From positions 559,043 to 622,459 of the forward strand of contig NW_003314303.1 of the NCBI RefSeq assembly GCF_000143415.4: 63,417 nucleotides of DNA, written 5' to 3'. Below, one piece after another: positions 13,141-24,375 of this stretch. The notes beneath the pieces are model-generated. The model did no database searches. It saw only the letters and a program-made list of their open reading frames with translations, and was not told the DNA's origin. The translations under genes and the position numbers were made by a program. Within the stretch, counting starts at the first letter, position 1. The number at the start of each line of letters is the position of its first letter. This DNA is from Selaginella moellendorffii. Taxonomy: Eukaryota > Plantae > Lycopodiophyta.

Positions 13141-16100
13141 TGCTACAAATCGGGTCTGCACGAGACATTGGCACGAACACGGAAGCTCTGGGTTCAACTG
13201 AAGAAGCCACAAAAACCAGGACAAGGACGTGCACTAGCAACTAGCACCTGGCAGGTAAGCCTCGTTGCATGTGGCATAGCATGTGGCCTCACGCCATTTC
13301 CATTGCAGGTATTCTCGAGTTTTCTCTCGAAAACACTGGGGGTCAATGACACACTCAGCATCCATAACATTCTACTCGCGACAAAAGTTGTTTTTGACAA
13401 ATGGGTAGATGTGCTGAGGAGGTACCATGACGGGGAGTTGCCAAACTCAATGGGTGTGGAGGACGGCCGGAAGCCCAATGATTTGAAGCTCAACGCCTTG
13501 CGTTTCTCGCGGTCTCTAGACGACGACGACCTTCTGACAGTGGCTAATGCTCTTCTACGTGGTGAGGTAGTCTTCAACAAGACCAAAATGACTCCTAGCC
13601 ATATTGTGACATACGAGGACTTGTGCACGACTCTGAGAGCTCGTGCGCTATTGAAGGATTGGATCTTCGAGCAAGTGGCCGTGGAGAGGGTGAGCATCGA
13701 CACCACGCAAGAGATGATGGAAGCGCTGGATCTGTCAAATGAAGACATCGACGAGTACGTGAAGGGGGCCCCCAAGTTCATCGATCTGCTGCGGGATGCC
13801 ACGAAAAGTAAAGCTGAGAAGTTGGATCAGTATCCAAATTTCATTAAGATTGATGTCGACCGCCGGCTTCAGAAACAGCTCGACCCCGCAGCAGAGGCCT
13901 ATCGAGAACCTTACCGGGTATACTTGAATTTGGATGAGGATCAAAGGTGGAGGAGCATCGTTTCCTACGGAGATGAGCAGGTCAAGAACATCTTTTGTGT
14001 GATGGACTTCACAAACGAGGAGATCACTCATGCAGACGAAGTCAGCTCCATCATTGACTTAATGGTGGGACTTGCGGAGGTGGAATCTTCAGTCCACTAT
14101 ATGATCTACGACTCCGAATCCTATCACAAGTTCTAGAAGGCCTTCAACGAGGTGAAAGCTCGGTTGAAAGGCAAGGAGATGCGGGAGATCCATGGGATAA
14201 TGGCTAAGAAGAAGATACCGACGAATGTCCGCATCTTCACACTCGCTCTTGTTATTGGTCCTGCAGCAGAGTGGGACTGGAGTGACTTCCCAGCTTCGTT
14301 CGACAAGGCCAATCGAATTGATCTGAGGGAGGTCAATTTACCCGTGCCTGAGGAACTGAAGACGGCTATGGAGCTTTCGAATCCAAAGAAAGCTCCAGGT
14401 GCAGCATGGGAAATGCTCAGCTGGGTCTTCAACGCAATAGCGGGTGGGTCACCTGCTTCCGACTCCAAGGGCAAATGCGTTGTCGAGTACAACTGCGGCG
14501 GACTATTCTTTCGAGCCGCACTACTCAAGGGTGTCCCGTGTGTTGCAGTGACAAACTCCATTGAAGAGGTGACTTCAATGGAGCATATAATTACAGTTGC
14601 CAAAGAAAAACAGTATCTTCTCTGCAAACCTGGTGAGTACACACTTTAAGTTTAAATGTTATCTCACAAGCTCTGTATGCAGGAGCGTGGCCACCCCCAG
14701 ATGTTGAAACGGCGTTAACAGCTACTGTTGAAGATACCCATGTTGGGCCGAGCTCACAACCTGCACAAGGTAAGGTCACGTGAGGCCTCACGCCATTTTG
14801 ATTATAGATCGTTGTGAATATTCAGACACGAGGACTGAAAAGCGCACTGGTGGCGCATCGAAGAAGGACAAACAGACAAGCAATAGGAAAAAAGGAGGTA
14901 CAAATTATATTTGCAATGGCGTGTGGTCTCATGCCATTCCTTGCAGGAGACACTTCTTCAAAGGCAAAACAGGCAAGCACCAGCCAAGCTCAAACTGACA
15001 GTGGTCATAAAAAGCGAAAGCACGTTGGACAGTCGTCGAGATCAGAGGCGTTTGATTCGAAAAGGAAGAAGGGCAACGAAAAGATGATAGGTAATGCCTC
15101 GCGATTATGGCGTGTGTGCTCACGCCATTCATTGCAGATCAAGGGCTGAGTGAAAGCAGGCAGTCACCACCTCCTGACTCAGATTCCTATGGCGGACTCC
15201 CCTTCCCCAATCTCAATGGAGAGGTACAATGGATGAGGGATGCTTTTCAAGTCAGGGCCACATTTTTCTCATCTTGTCGTCTTCGAAGGGTGCAAGAACG
15301 TGCAGGAACCATGTTAAGACAGTCGGGTGAGGATACAGTCCTAGGTCACGCACTAAAACATGCTATGGATGTCTTGTATTTTGAGATGGAGACTTAGCCA
15401 GATGATTTTCCCAAGATGGTCCTGGAAGAACAAGCCATCCAGCCTGAGCAGCCTATGGAAGAAATGCAGGAGGGGGATGAGGAGCCAGAGAAAGATAATG
15501 AGCAGGAAGAGCAGAAGGACGAAGAGGAGGACAAAGAAGAGGAGGACGAAGAAGAGGAGGACGAAGAGGACTTGGATGGTCCTCACAAAGGTGACGATCA
15601 CAATAACGACGACGATGATGATGACGACGATGGCCAGCCTGAGGTGGCCAAAGAGCAGCAGAGGAAGGTCATACAAGACAAACCATCAGGTAAATAATAG
15701 TACATCCATTCCTAACCTTTTACCATTTCTAACATTGTCCATGTAGGTCGCAGAGCAAATGGTAAGTAGAGATTATTCAGTTGAATTTACAAACTCTAGC
15801 CTTTAGTGTCGAGGAAGGATAGTGCCAAGCAAGGGTCGAAACGTATGTCCAATCCTTCAGAATCAGCAGTGCGCCCAAGTGATATCGGTCCTAGTTCCTC
15901 AATAGCAGTTGATGGTAAATACAGTATAGTCGATTCAATGTGCTAATGAGTTTGTTTTTAGTAGCACGGGAGGATACCATCTCAATCGAAGGGAGATATT
16001 TGGACATGCATATGGATCCGCCAGTGGACTCTACTTGCCTACAAGAGTCATCAGAGCTGGTGGAGGCTACTATCCATATCAACGCCAAGCAAGCTGACCA

Positions 16101-16571
16101 TGCTCCACTTGATGCTACCCATACCACTGAGTCAATCTTGTCCACGTATCCAACTGACGGTGACCAGGCGCCATTGGACCCGCATGAGGCCGCCCCAGCC
16201 CCCGAGCCGGTCGTATCCTCATTTCCAACGGACTCAACGTGTGCCCAATCGTCTGACTACACGCCGTTGGAACCTCCCTACACTGCCCCTGCTGCCTGTT
16301 CGATCATGTCCACTTTGCCAACGGAGGCACCAGCTGAAATGGCGTGTGATCACACGCCATCGGAACCACCCCATGCCACTGTTGAGCCAGTTGTACCAGA
16401 GTCTACAGCTGAAATGGCATGTGCCCACACGCCATCGGATGCGATTGACCCCACATTGCAGAGGAGAGTATTTCCGCCCTTCACGTTTCCTCGACCAAAA
16501 CCCTCTCAACGACCATCGGGAGCACCATTCGCTAATATTGTAGATGGTAAAATTGACTTGTACCATTTTTT

Positions 16572-17456
16572 ATGCTGACGCATTTTATTTCAGAGTCACG
16601 GCGAAGGTACTGTATCATTTTTGATCTGAACGGTGTCCTTTTCTCCCATGAGCGTGGCTCGTCCTCGAATGTCATTGCACCCTCCAAAGCCTGCAGTCGC
16701 AAGTTGGTCAAAAGAGACAGATTCACATTAATCACATGGGAGAAACTACGGGATCTAATAATGACCATGCGACACTTAAAACAGAGGGCCGGGTTCAATT
16801 TGCAATTGGGAGTTTGGACATCCATGATGCGCCACAATGCATTAACGTTGCTACAGATGATGCACGATCAGACGCGAGTAATATTACCATTTGACTTTCT
16901 CCTAACGCAGGAGGATTGCTTGACTATGGTCCATGTGAGGGGTAGCAAGCCCATCTTCGTCAAGCCAGAGGCTGTAGTGATGAACCGGACTGCTAGCTCA
17001 AGTGAAATCCTCATCATCGATGACTCGCCGATTAAAACTGCAGCGAACACGCACACATATGCAGTGCACCCCATCTCTTGCAGTATGGAAACTAGGGAGA
17101 AGAAACCGTATGTTCTGGGAGACCTTGCAAAACGGCTTGGAGCAATGGTGATAGAGAACCGGCTAGTCCAGGAGGTGGCTGCAGAAATCAACCAAATGGC
17201 AGATGGAACGGTATATCAGAAGCCATTTGATCGGACAGACACCAGTCATCATTTATGGCATGTATATTGTCTAGCCAAGCACTATCCGCATCTCCATAAT
17301 CTGCTCAACCGGATGGGTTCTTTGACCACTGAACATGAGCGTGGACGTATTAGAGAAGAGATGGCATTACTATTGGGTTTAAATCCTAATAGTGTGGAGA
17401 GTGATGAAATTCCAAGATTATTGTATAGGCGTTGGAGGCAAAAAATAACAGTTTGA
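16572..17456 (+). CDS. HAD-superfamily FCP1/NIF-like phosphatase domain (DLNG variant); last exon of the cargo gene or a separate ORF
   Basis: CIIFDLNGVL (motif I), LGVWTSMMRHNA (II), TQEDC...KPIFVKP (III), LIIDDSPIK (IV). Confidence 0.8.
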   Translation: MLTHFISESRRRYCIIFDLNGVLFSHERGSSSNVIAPSKACSRKLVKRDRFTLITWEKLRDLIMTMRHLKQRAGFNLQLGVWTSMMRHNALTLLQMMHDQTRVILPFDFLLTQEDCLTMVHVRGSKPIFVKPEAVVMNRTASSSEILIIDDSPIKTAANTHTYAVHPISCSMETREKKPYVLGDLAKRLGAMVIENRLVQEVAAEINQMADGTVYQKPFDRTDTSHHLWHVYCLAKHYPHLHNLLNRMGSLTTEHERGRIREEMALLLGLNPNSVESDEIPRLLYRRWRQKITV

Positions 17457-18309
17457 GATGGCATGTATTTATTTAAAAATGTAACTTATTATGGCATGGG
17501 GTTCCATGCCATTGTATTAATATTAAAAGACAATTCTTTGAGAGGATTTGCATTATACTAGAAGTGTTACAGCATGTTATTGGAAGTCTACGAAGTTGTT
17601 TTATTAATAAGGGGAAAGTAAAGATTGAATGGGGACTTGGGCTCCACCTAGACTCGGAGCAACTGAGCCAATATTAAAAGGATGGAAAGAAATTGGACGA
17701 CGATAACAAGGAGAAGAAAGAGGTGAAGCAGTGGCAGGGGGAGGAGAAGTGATTGAGTAGACATTTCCTTGTTTAAAATAAAATGGCATGTGCCTCAATG
17801 CAGTTGAATTTTGTTATATTTATATACTATATAAAGGTTTGGAAACCTTATTTTACAAGTGGGATAATGACAATTCCCACTTTAACGAAATAGAGCTTTG
17901 AAATTCACTTTGCAATCCTTGAGCAATTGTGACAGTATAAAAATTATTCTCATTTGCTAAATTAATTTGCTCAAGTGGTTGATCACAAAAAACATATAAA
18001 ACATAGTTTCTTTATTAATCATTTTTATAAACAAGATCCTCCTTTAGGGAGAAATCTCTTATAACTATACTAATTTCTAGTCTAAAAGCTTCTTACCTAG
18101 GTGTTTCTTTGAGTATTGAATTTTTATTTTTCAACTGCAAATCTTATTTTTGAACTCCAATCAAATCATAATATTTTATATAAAAGTCATACAAAGCATT
18201 AGAGCAATCTAACACAACTCTTAGCTTATAGTTTTAATAACATTTTTAACATCAACAATGGCTTCTTAATTTTGAGCTAAATATTGGTATGCCAACAAAG
18301 TTTGATAGC

Positions 18310-18596
18310 ATGCTTTATTTCGTTAAAGTGGGACTTTTCATTATCCCACTTATGGTGTGTGGCCACATGCCATTTTTATAACAACAATAAAAAATTGAAG
18401 TTTTAACTTTATAATTTATAAATTAAAAACTTTTCATATGATTTTGTGTTATAATATTGTGAAATATAAAAAATAAATTAAAAAACTGATAGAAATATTA
18501 ATAAATATTAATTAAGTACTAGGAAATGGCATGTGGACACATGCTAATTAATGTCCCACTTTACTGAATAAGTCCCACTTTAACGAAATAAAGCAT
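18310..18596. mobile_element. 287-bp MITE of the same TIR family as 8146-17898
   Basis: TIR ATGCTTTATTTCGTTAAAGTGGGACTT ... AAGTCCCACTTTAACGAAATAAAGCAT; 4-bp TSD TAGC at 18306-18309 and 18597-18600; two subterminal palindromes. Confidence 0.88.
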
Positions 18597-19100
18597 TAGC
18601 ATGCAATCCAAATTCAATAAATTAGTTATGCTTTGGATTGTCATGTAATTTAATCAATATTCCACTTCAACTTCTTGTGTGGAATTGGTTAGATATCTTC
18701 TTAGTATGACACCTCTTTCTTGGTTTTCTACCATTTTTGAAAAGAGTGATAATATTTTTTCAGGATTTTAATTTTTTTTATTTAGTGTTTCACCTGTATA
18801 TAAAGTGATACTAACTGGGAGCACATCTCTATTAACAAGTTGTAGCAACTATACCAAAACTTCAAGGCAAGAACACAAACTAGAATGTGAGACAAGAGAA
18901 AGCTAGTGAGAAATCAAAGGATATCAACCCAAGACTAATATTGGTAGAAAATCATGTATCTTATTTCATGATTAATTTAGTTTCTAGCTGATACATGTTG
19001 AATCCTATTAACTAAAAAGTAACAAATAAATCAAGGATATTGTCATGCATTGTTCTTATAAATCCCACAAGATGGAAGTCCAAAACCTTTGAAAAGAACT

Positions 19101-20245
19101 TGTCGCGAATGTGACTTCAGGTATCGAAAGTTACCTGTCGGCTAGTCCTTACGGACACTCTTACCTTACTGCCACGATGGCAGGAGGTCGGTATTGTTGG
19201 TTCCCTTTATTAGCCCCTCTTGTTCAAGTGTTAGTTTACTGGGCTTAGCACCTGTACTTAGCCAGATGGACATAAGGTAGGAACTCCTATGTGTTTCTAG
19301 CTGAGCATACTCGGCCTGGCTTTTAGTTCTCTTTTGCTTTGTCTTGCACTGGCTTGACAAGAACCCTCGCATATTGAGATTGGTCCCTCAATATCGCTGG
19401 ATGATAGCTTACCGTGTCTGCCAAACACCCTCGCTATCATGCCCTTTGTGTTAGTCTCATTTCGGTCCCAAATGCTATTTATGGAAAGTGTCCAAATTTG
19501 CTCATTTGGCATATCTACGGAATGTAGAGATCGGCCTGAACACAATGGTATTCGTCCCATGTCCAAATTCACAATTTAAGGACATTCCATATTTAGTAAG
19601 TTTCGAGTTTGTCCCAGAGACTAACTCCTGATACTAAGGGAGGCTTGGGGTGAAAGCCCAAAGCGTGTGTTCCTCAAGGGGGGGGGGGCTATGGGGGGTT
19701 CCAAATGTATAGTAGGGATAGTGGGTAGGTCGGGCATGGCCAACCAACCTGAGGCATAGTCTAGCTCCCGCTTGCGTGCCTATCCTTGTTCTGCGTCCGG
19801 CTTGGGTCTAAGCCCAAGTTCCATTCCATGCTAGCTGGTGGAGTACCCATATCCTCACGTTAAGCCACCGGTATGCCGAAATAGCGCCAGACTCCGTTTG
19901 GCTCCGTTTTGCGTGCTGGTCCTGGCATTGGGATGCTAGTTGCTTCAGGACTGTTCCAAGTCGCTCCGGGCCTCTATCCCTTCGCTCCTTGGGCTGTATG
20001 CTCGGGAGTTGCTCTGTGGTTCGGTTCCATCACTCCTTGGCTCCATGCTTGGGAGTTTGGCACCGTTCGTGCGTTCAGTGGCCCAAGGCCCTGAACCTCG
20101 GGTTCCTATGGATACGTGGCATGGACACGTGGCATGTGACACGTGGCATCTGTCACGTGGCACAAAGAGGGTTTAGGTTCCACTTCGTGGTGTTATCCTA
20201 TGGTAAATCACCATAGGATAAAGGGTCAAAACCACATGCGCTACA
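19101..20245 (+). mobile_element. Solo LTR, family C
   Basis: TGTCGCG...CGCTACA; TSD GAACT at 19096-19100 and 20246-20250; matches the LTRs at 37062 and 42955. Confidence 0.95.
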
Positions 20246-20657
20246 GAACTTTTGCAAACCACATCAAACATCATGGAAAAGAACCATGTCAACTAATATG
20301 GAGAAAGTTCTTTAAATTGGAAGTATCATTCTTTCAACCACCAACAAATTTAATAGTAAAATAAAGTAATAATACACATCTTAATTTTGTGCCACATGAA
20401 TGATTTTTTTAGCTGATACAATGCTAATTGGAAATTAAAACTCATACATGCAAAAAAAGTTCACTTTTGAGGTACTGCAAGGTTTCATTCATTCATTTAT
20501 TAATTGTTTATACATGTCTCACAGTGGAAGCATTAGACATGTCCTCCACACAACCCCCTCCCAATACATATAATAATACGATTTGAAGGACATCGTGCAT
20601 CAAAACATCTTAGGAATTTGAATTTTGAGAAAGTTTCATATAAAAGTCTGTTACAAT

Positions 20658-21640
20658 TCACTTGCAACACATTGTCATAAACCCAAATAAGTCAACGAAG
20701 AACCGATCCAACGCCGAAGATGGAGGCCCCAAGTAGAACGCATGGGCGGCATCATCGTATTCCACGAGCTGGACGTGCTTGTTTGCCCCCTGTAGACGTC
20801 GTGCGACCTCTACTTGCCTCGCGTACAAACAATCTTTGCGCCCAATCGCCATGAAAATTGGAGCCATCTCTCGCGGAACTCGATTTTCCTCCAGGAACTT
20901 GGGCTGGTTGCAATAGGGATGATCGCGATCGGCCCCAATTGGGAGTGCAAGCTTCCAGAAGAGATCCGAGCTCTCCATGGTGAGGATCTCGCCATTGGCA
21001 AACTCCACCTCCGAGTCCTTGCGATCCATGCCGCCGTAGAAAGGCTGGACGAGGACGACCCCACGACTTTGATCGTGGGATTTTTCGTTTCCGACCTTCT
21101 TGAGCTCCTGGAGAAAAAACAATCCCTTGCCGAATGTTGGGCGATGTTACCCCCTGGAGCTATCGCCCGAGATGAAAACACGGGATAAATCGCCATGGGA
21201 ACGAATCCAATCCTCGCCCGAAAAGTGTGGTTCTTGGAGCCATTGCAGAGTTCTAGCGGCGTCTTGGTACGCTGCCGGCACCCGCTGCTCGGGAGCGAGC
21301 CTGTAATCCACAGAGACCACCAGGGCTTTGAGATTTCTAGCCATGGATTCGCAGAAATAGTGGAAAAATTGGAACTTTGGGGTGAAAACCAGGAATCCAC
21401 CACCGTGCAAGTAGACGAACTCTGGCAGCTTCGAACCGTGCTCGCATTCCGGGAGGAAAATCCGTGCCGAGAGGCCTGAAATCTCGTCAATCACAATGTC
21501 CTTGGACGAGACACCTTGTACAAAGTGCGGATGGATTCCAAAGGCTGCCTGGTGGCAGCAAAGTCGTCGTAGTTTGCATCATCTTTGTTGTCAATGGGAA
21601 GCCCCGGGAGAGACGCCTTAATCCAGTGGAGTAGCGCCAT
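20658..21640 (-). pseudogene. Carboxylesterase (CXE/GID1-like alpha/beta hydrolase), frameshifted
   Basis: YLHGGGF, SVDYRLAPE, GDSS(G)GNIA broken by a frameshift near 21150, LVQPFYGG, GRKDCL, AHAF; a second frameshift near the 5' end. Confidence 0.88.
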
Positions 21641-24079
21641 AGCTCTCTTCCTTTCTTCGACACAACAGCTTAAAATGATCTATCCCTTTACACACACCCC
21701 AGCTCTGAATGTCAAAGACCTTTACACCGTTGCACGAAATTCACGCTCTAATCTAAAACAAAAATTTCAAAGCTTAATGCTGGGTGTTTAAGTTTATTTT
21801 TGCTGTTAATTATGACAAAATTTTAATTTTAAATCATTTTTTATTAGAAAAAAAAAGAATGTTTTCAATTCATTTACATCTAGCAACGAAATGCAGTTCA
21901 ATGTATTGTATGCTATGCAAAAAGTTTTAAGAAAATACATGAACATATTGTGTAAAGACTTCATCATGATAATCCTTGAACTATGTGTTATGGTGAAATG
22001 AGCATTTCTTTGTTGAGTTGTAGCTAACGTAAATCACATTGCTGGTAGCAAATTATAAGACCCCCATGAAAAGAAGAAAGAATTGAAAATGATGATTGAA
22101 GAGATACCACGGTGATGTGTGATGATATGGAGAGGCCGAGCAAGCATTTCTGGATTGCCAGCTTTCCCAACTCTGAGAATTTAAAAGATGATGTCTTAAA
22201 GGTGTGTTTACTGACCCAATTAAACATTAGCCTAGTAATCCCTTTTCACTTTTTTGGTTCAGCTCCATGTGAGTTCTTTTCCATTTTGCTTCTCAAAAAT
22301 TACCCCCAACAGTGACCATCATGATGAGAAGTAATCTCTTCTTAGTCTGCTGGTGCACTTCTTGATCTGAGAAATCATCAGATCATTTCTGCCACTGATG
22401 ATCCAGAAATCATCAAATCACCCAGCCACATTTGATGATTTCTCCAAGCTCTTGGGAAGGTGGTATTGATCATGTTCTGGATGCATCCCTACCCGACTCA
22501 TCCTACGCTGTGCACGCTCTTGACTAGACATGTTTTTTTGGGTTTGTTAGTGCCCATCTGGAGGCATAAAACCAAAGGGACCAAGTACCTGAGCAGGAGG
22601 TATGAAGGCTGGAGCTTATTGGGAGTATGTGACCGTCAGGAAGAACTTGTTCATGACCAGTTCACTCTCGTGTACCAACACCCCCAGCACAAGACGAAGA
22701 ACACCCCATGCATCATTATAAACCTTTGTTAGCCATTGATTACGTTATAAAATTTAATTTCAACCATTAAAAAATTATATATTGAGAATATTCTCAAGCA
22801 GCTAAAATAATTACTGATAATTAGGTTTTCTCAAGAAAATTGAATCTAGCACAATTTCATGCTAATAGTGAACTTTATATATGTTTATAAACAAAAGGTA
22901 ATTATAGTAGTTTAGTGATAATTGTTTGGATTTTTTGGTATTAATATTATTAATTCCTTATTCTATTATTTTTTCTTTTTTTTATAGTGTTTTAAATATT
23001 AAAGATGCCAGAAATCAATTTATGACTGTCAATTAAAAAATGATACTATGTTTCCATGTTAGGAATTTCCTACAAAAATCTCTTGACCTATACATCTATC
23101 AAGATCCCATTGAATCCCATTCTCTTGAGTAGGTTTTTTCATATTTTATGTTTGTTGGATCTAGAGTGATAAAGATAGATTCTACTTTGCTTGTTTGTCA
23201 TCACCTCCATTCCCATTCATGGTTTACATCTTTGCATGGTTATTTCATACTTGTTATCTCATACAAAATGTTTGATTGCAGGAAATATTACAATAATGCA
23301 CAAGTGATCTCTATACAATGAGATCTAGAATGATGTGTTTGGGACACCTTTAGGTGTGAGCTGTTTGACCATACAGAAGTGGCAATAGAAACACAATAAT
23401 GTTATGCCATTCTTTTGAACAAGCTCTCACTTATAGATGAGATATATGATATGAGGATGGCTATGAGGGTGGATGCACTTACACTAGAGGAACTAACACT
23501 AATGGATAATGATTTGTGTTAGATTAGATGGAAAGGGTGTAGATTGACAAGATGATGGACTTTCTACATGAATGCAAAGACAACTTCATTGACTTATTCT
23601 AGATGGTTAATGACTTAAGCACACACCACACATGGGTAGCCTCTCTTGGGGGAATAAGGGGTGCTCCCCCCAACACTCACTCAAACATGAAAAAATGCTT
23701 TAATGCTCTCCACAAATGCCCCTTTTTTACCCTTATGGGGCAAAAGTTTTATATAAAGAGGATGGGAAATATTCCAGAAATTAAAATACTCTCCCTCTCT
23801 CTTATACACTCTTTAAGAGGTTGAGTGTGGCTGGTGGATTGCACTAGATCTAAACACACAAAAACCCTCTAAAGAGTATAAAGTGTACTCTATTGCTAAT
23901 ACCAAGTGTTGGTAACTATGTTAACTACTAGAAACTCTGGAAAAGAAAGTGGAAAAAGAAAGAAAAGAGGTAAGTGTGAAGTGTGAAAATAGAGGGGAAA
24001 ACTTAATGGGAAGTGTGAAGAAGTTAAATTAAACTTTAATGTGAAAGAAGAAGTGAAAAAGAGAAAAACAAAAGTGGAA

Positions 24080-24375
24080 GAAAGCCCAAATCATGTGTTC
24101 TTCAGGGGGGGGGGGGGGATAATGGGGGGTTTCAAATGTATAATAGAGATAGTGGTTGGAATATATGTCTGACTAAGACATTAATTTGGCTTTTGTTGGG
24201 TTATGTCGCTTTTTATTCTACATTCAACTTAGGTCTAAGCCCAAGCTCCACACTGCATAATCGGTGGGGTACCTTTTTCTTCACATTAAGCCACCAGTAT
24301 GCCGAAATCATGCTAGACACCGTCTGACACTATTTTGCATGTAAGTGCTAGATACAAGGAGCTGGTGCTTATAGG
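24080..24375 (+). repeat. Highly degenerate LTR remnant related to family C
   Basis: GAAAGCCCAAA...poly-G...CAAATGTATAATAGAGATAGTGG...GGTCTAAGCCCAAG...AAGCCACCAGTATGCCGAAAT align with 19650-19950. Confidence 0.7.

Larger units (their letters stand above)
11836..17456 (+). pseudogene. Multi-exon transposon cargo gene: ParB/Srx-like domain, degenerate beta-class DNA amino-methyltransferase-like domain, acidic/Pro-rich linker, HAD/FCP1-like domain
   Basis: ORFs 12057-12560, 12535-14136, 14152-14649, 15416-15697, 15940-16578 and 16572-17456 are co-oriented. Short GT-AG introns at 13254-13308, 14770-14825, 14898-14946 and 15091-15138. Premature TAGs at 12558, 14134 and 15395; frameshifts near 12655 and 16570. 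Confidence 0.7.
8146..17898. mobile_element. 9.75 kb TIR DNA transposon, Sola-like (4-bp TSD), defective copy
   Basis: TIR AAGCTCTATTTCGTTAAAGTGGGA ... TCCCACTTTAACGAAATAGAGCTT (24 bp perfect); TSD TGAA at 8142-8145 and 17899-17902. The boundaries are solid; the superfamily is inferred from TSD length and the transposase remnant. Confidence 0.85.
8372..18547. repeat. Dispersed 22-bp palindrome ATGGCRTG-N6-CAYGCCAT (~19 copies including degenerate ones)
   Basis: Copies start at 8372, 8688, 8741 (half), 9663, ~10183, 11079, 11864, 11941, 12001, 13276, 14775, 14916, 15107, 16339, 16414, 17491, 17783 (half), 18352 and 18526. Confidence 0.92.

Noticed and set aside
8138-17906. 8-bp TSD (hAT/Zisupton-like) reading of the TIR element
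   Set aside because: It gives only 6/8 matches in both the element and the MITE. Extending the TIR by 2 bp gives perfect 4-bp TSDs in both.
8372-18547. Palindromic repeats as a CRISPR-like array
   Set aside because: Spacing is irregular (60 bp to >1 kb), the repeats are embedded in introns and exons, there are no cas genes, and the context is eukaryotic.
22020-22740. Coding-like stretch on the minus strand (KVYNDAWGVLRLVLGVLVHESELVMNKFF...)
   Set aside because: Probably a decayed gene fragment, but there are multiple stops and no family I can identify.
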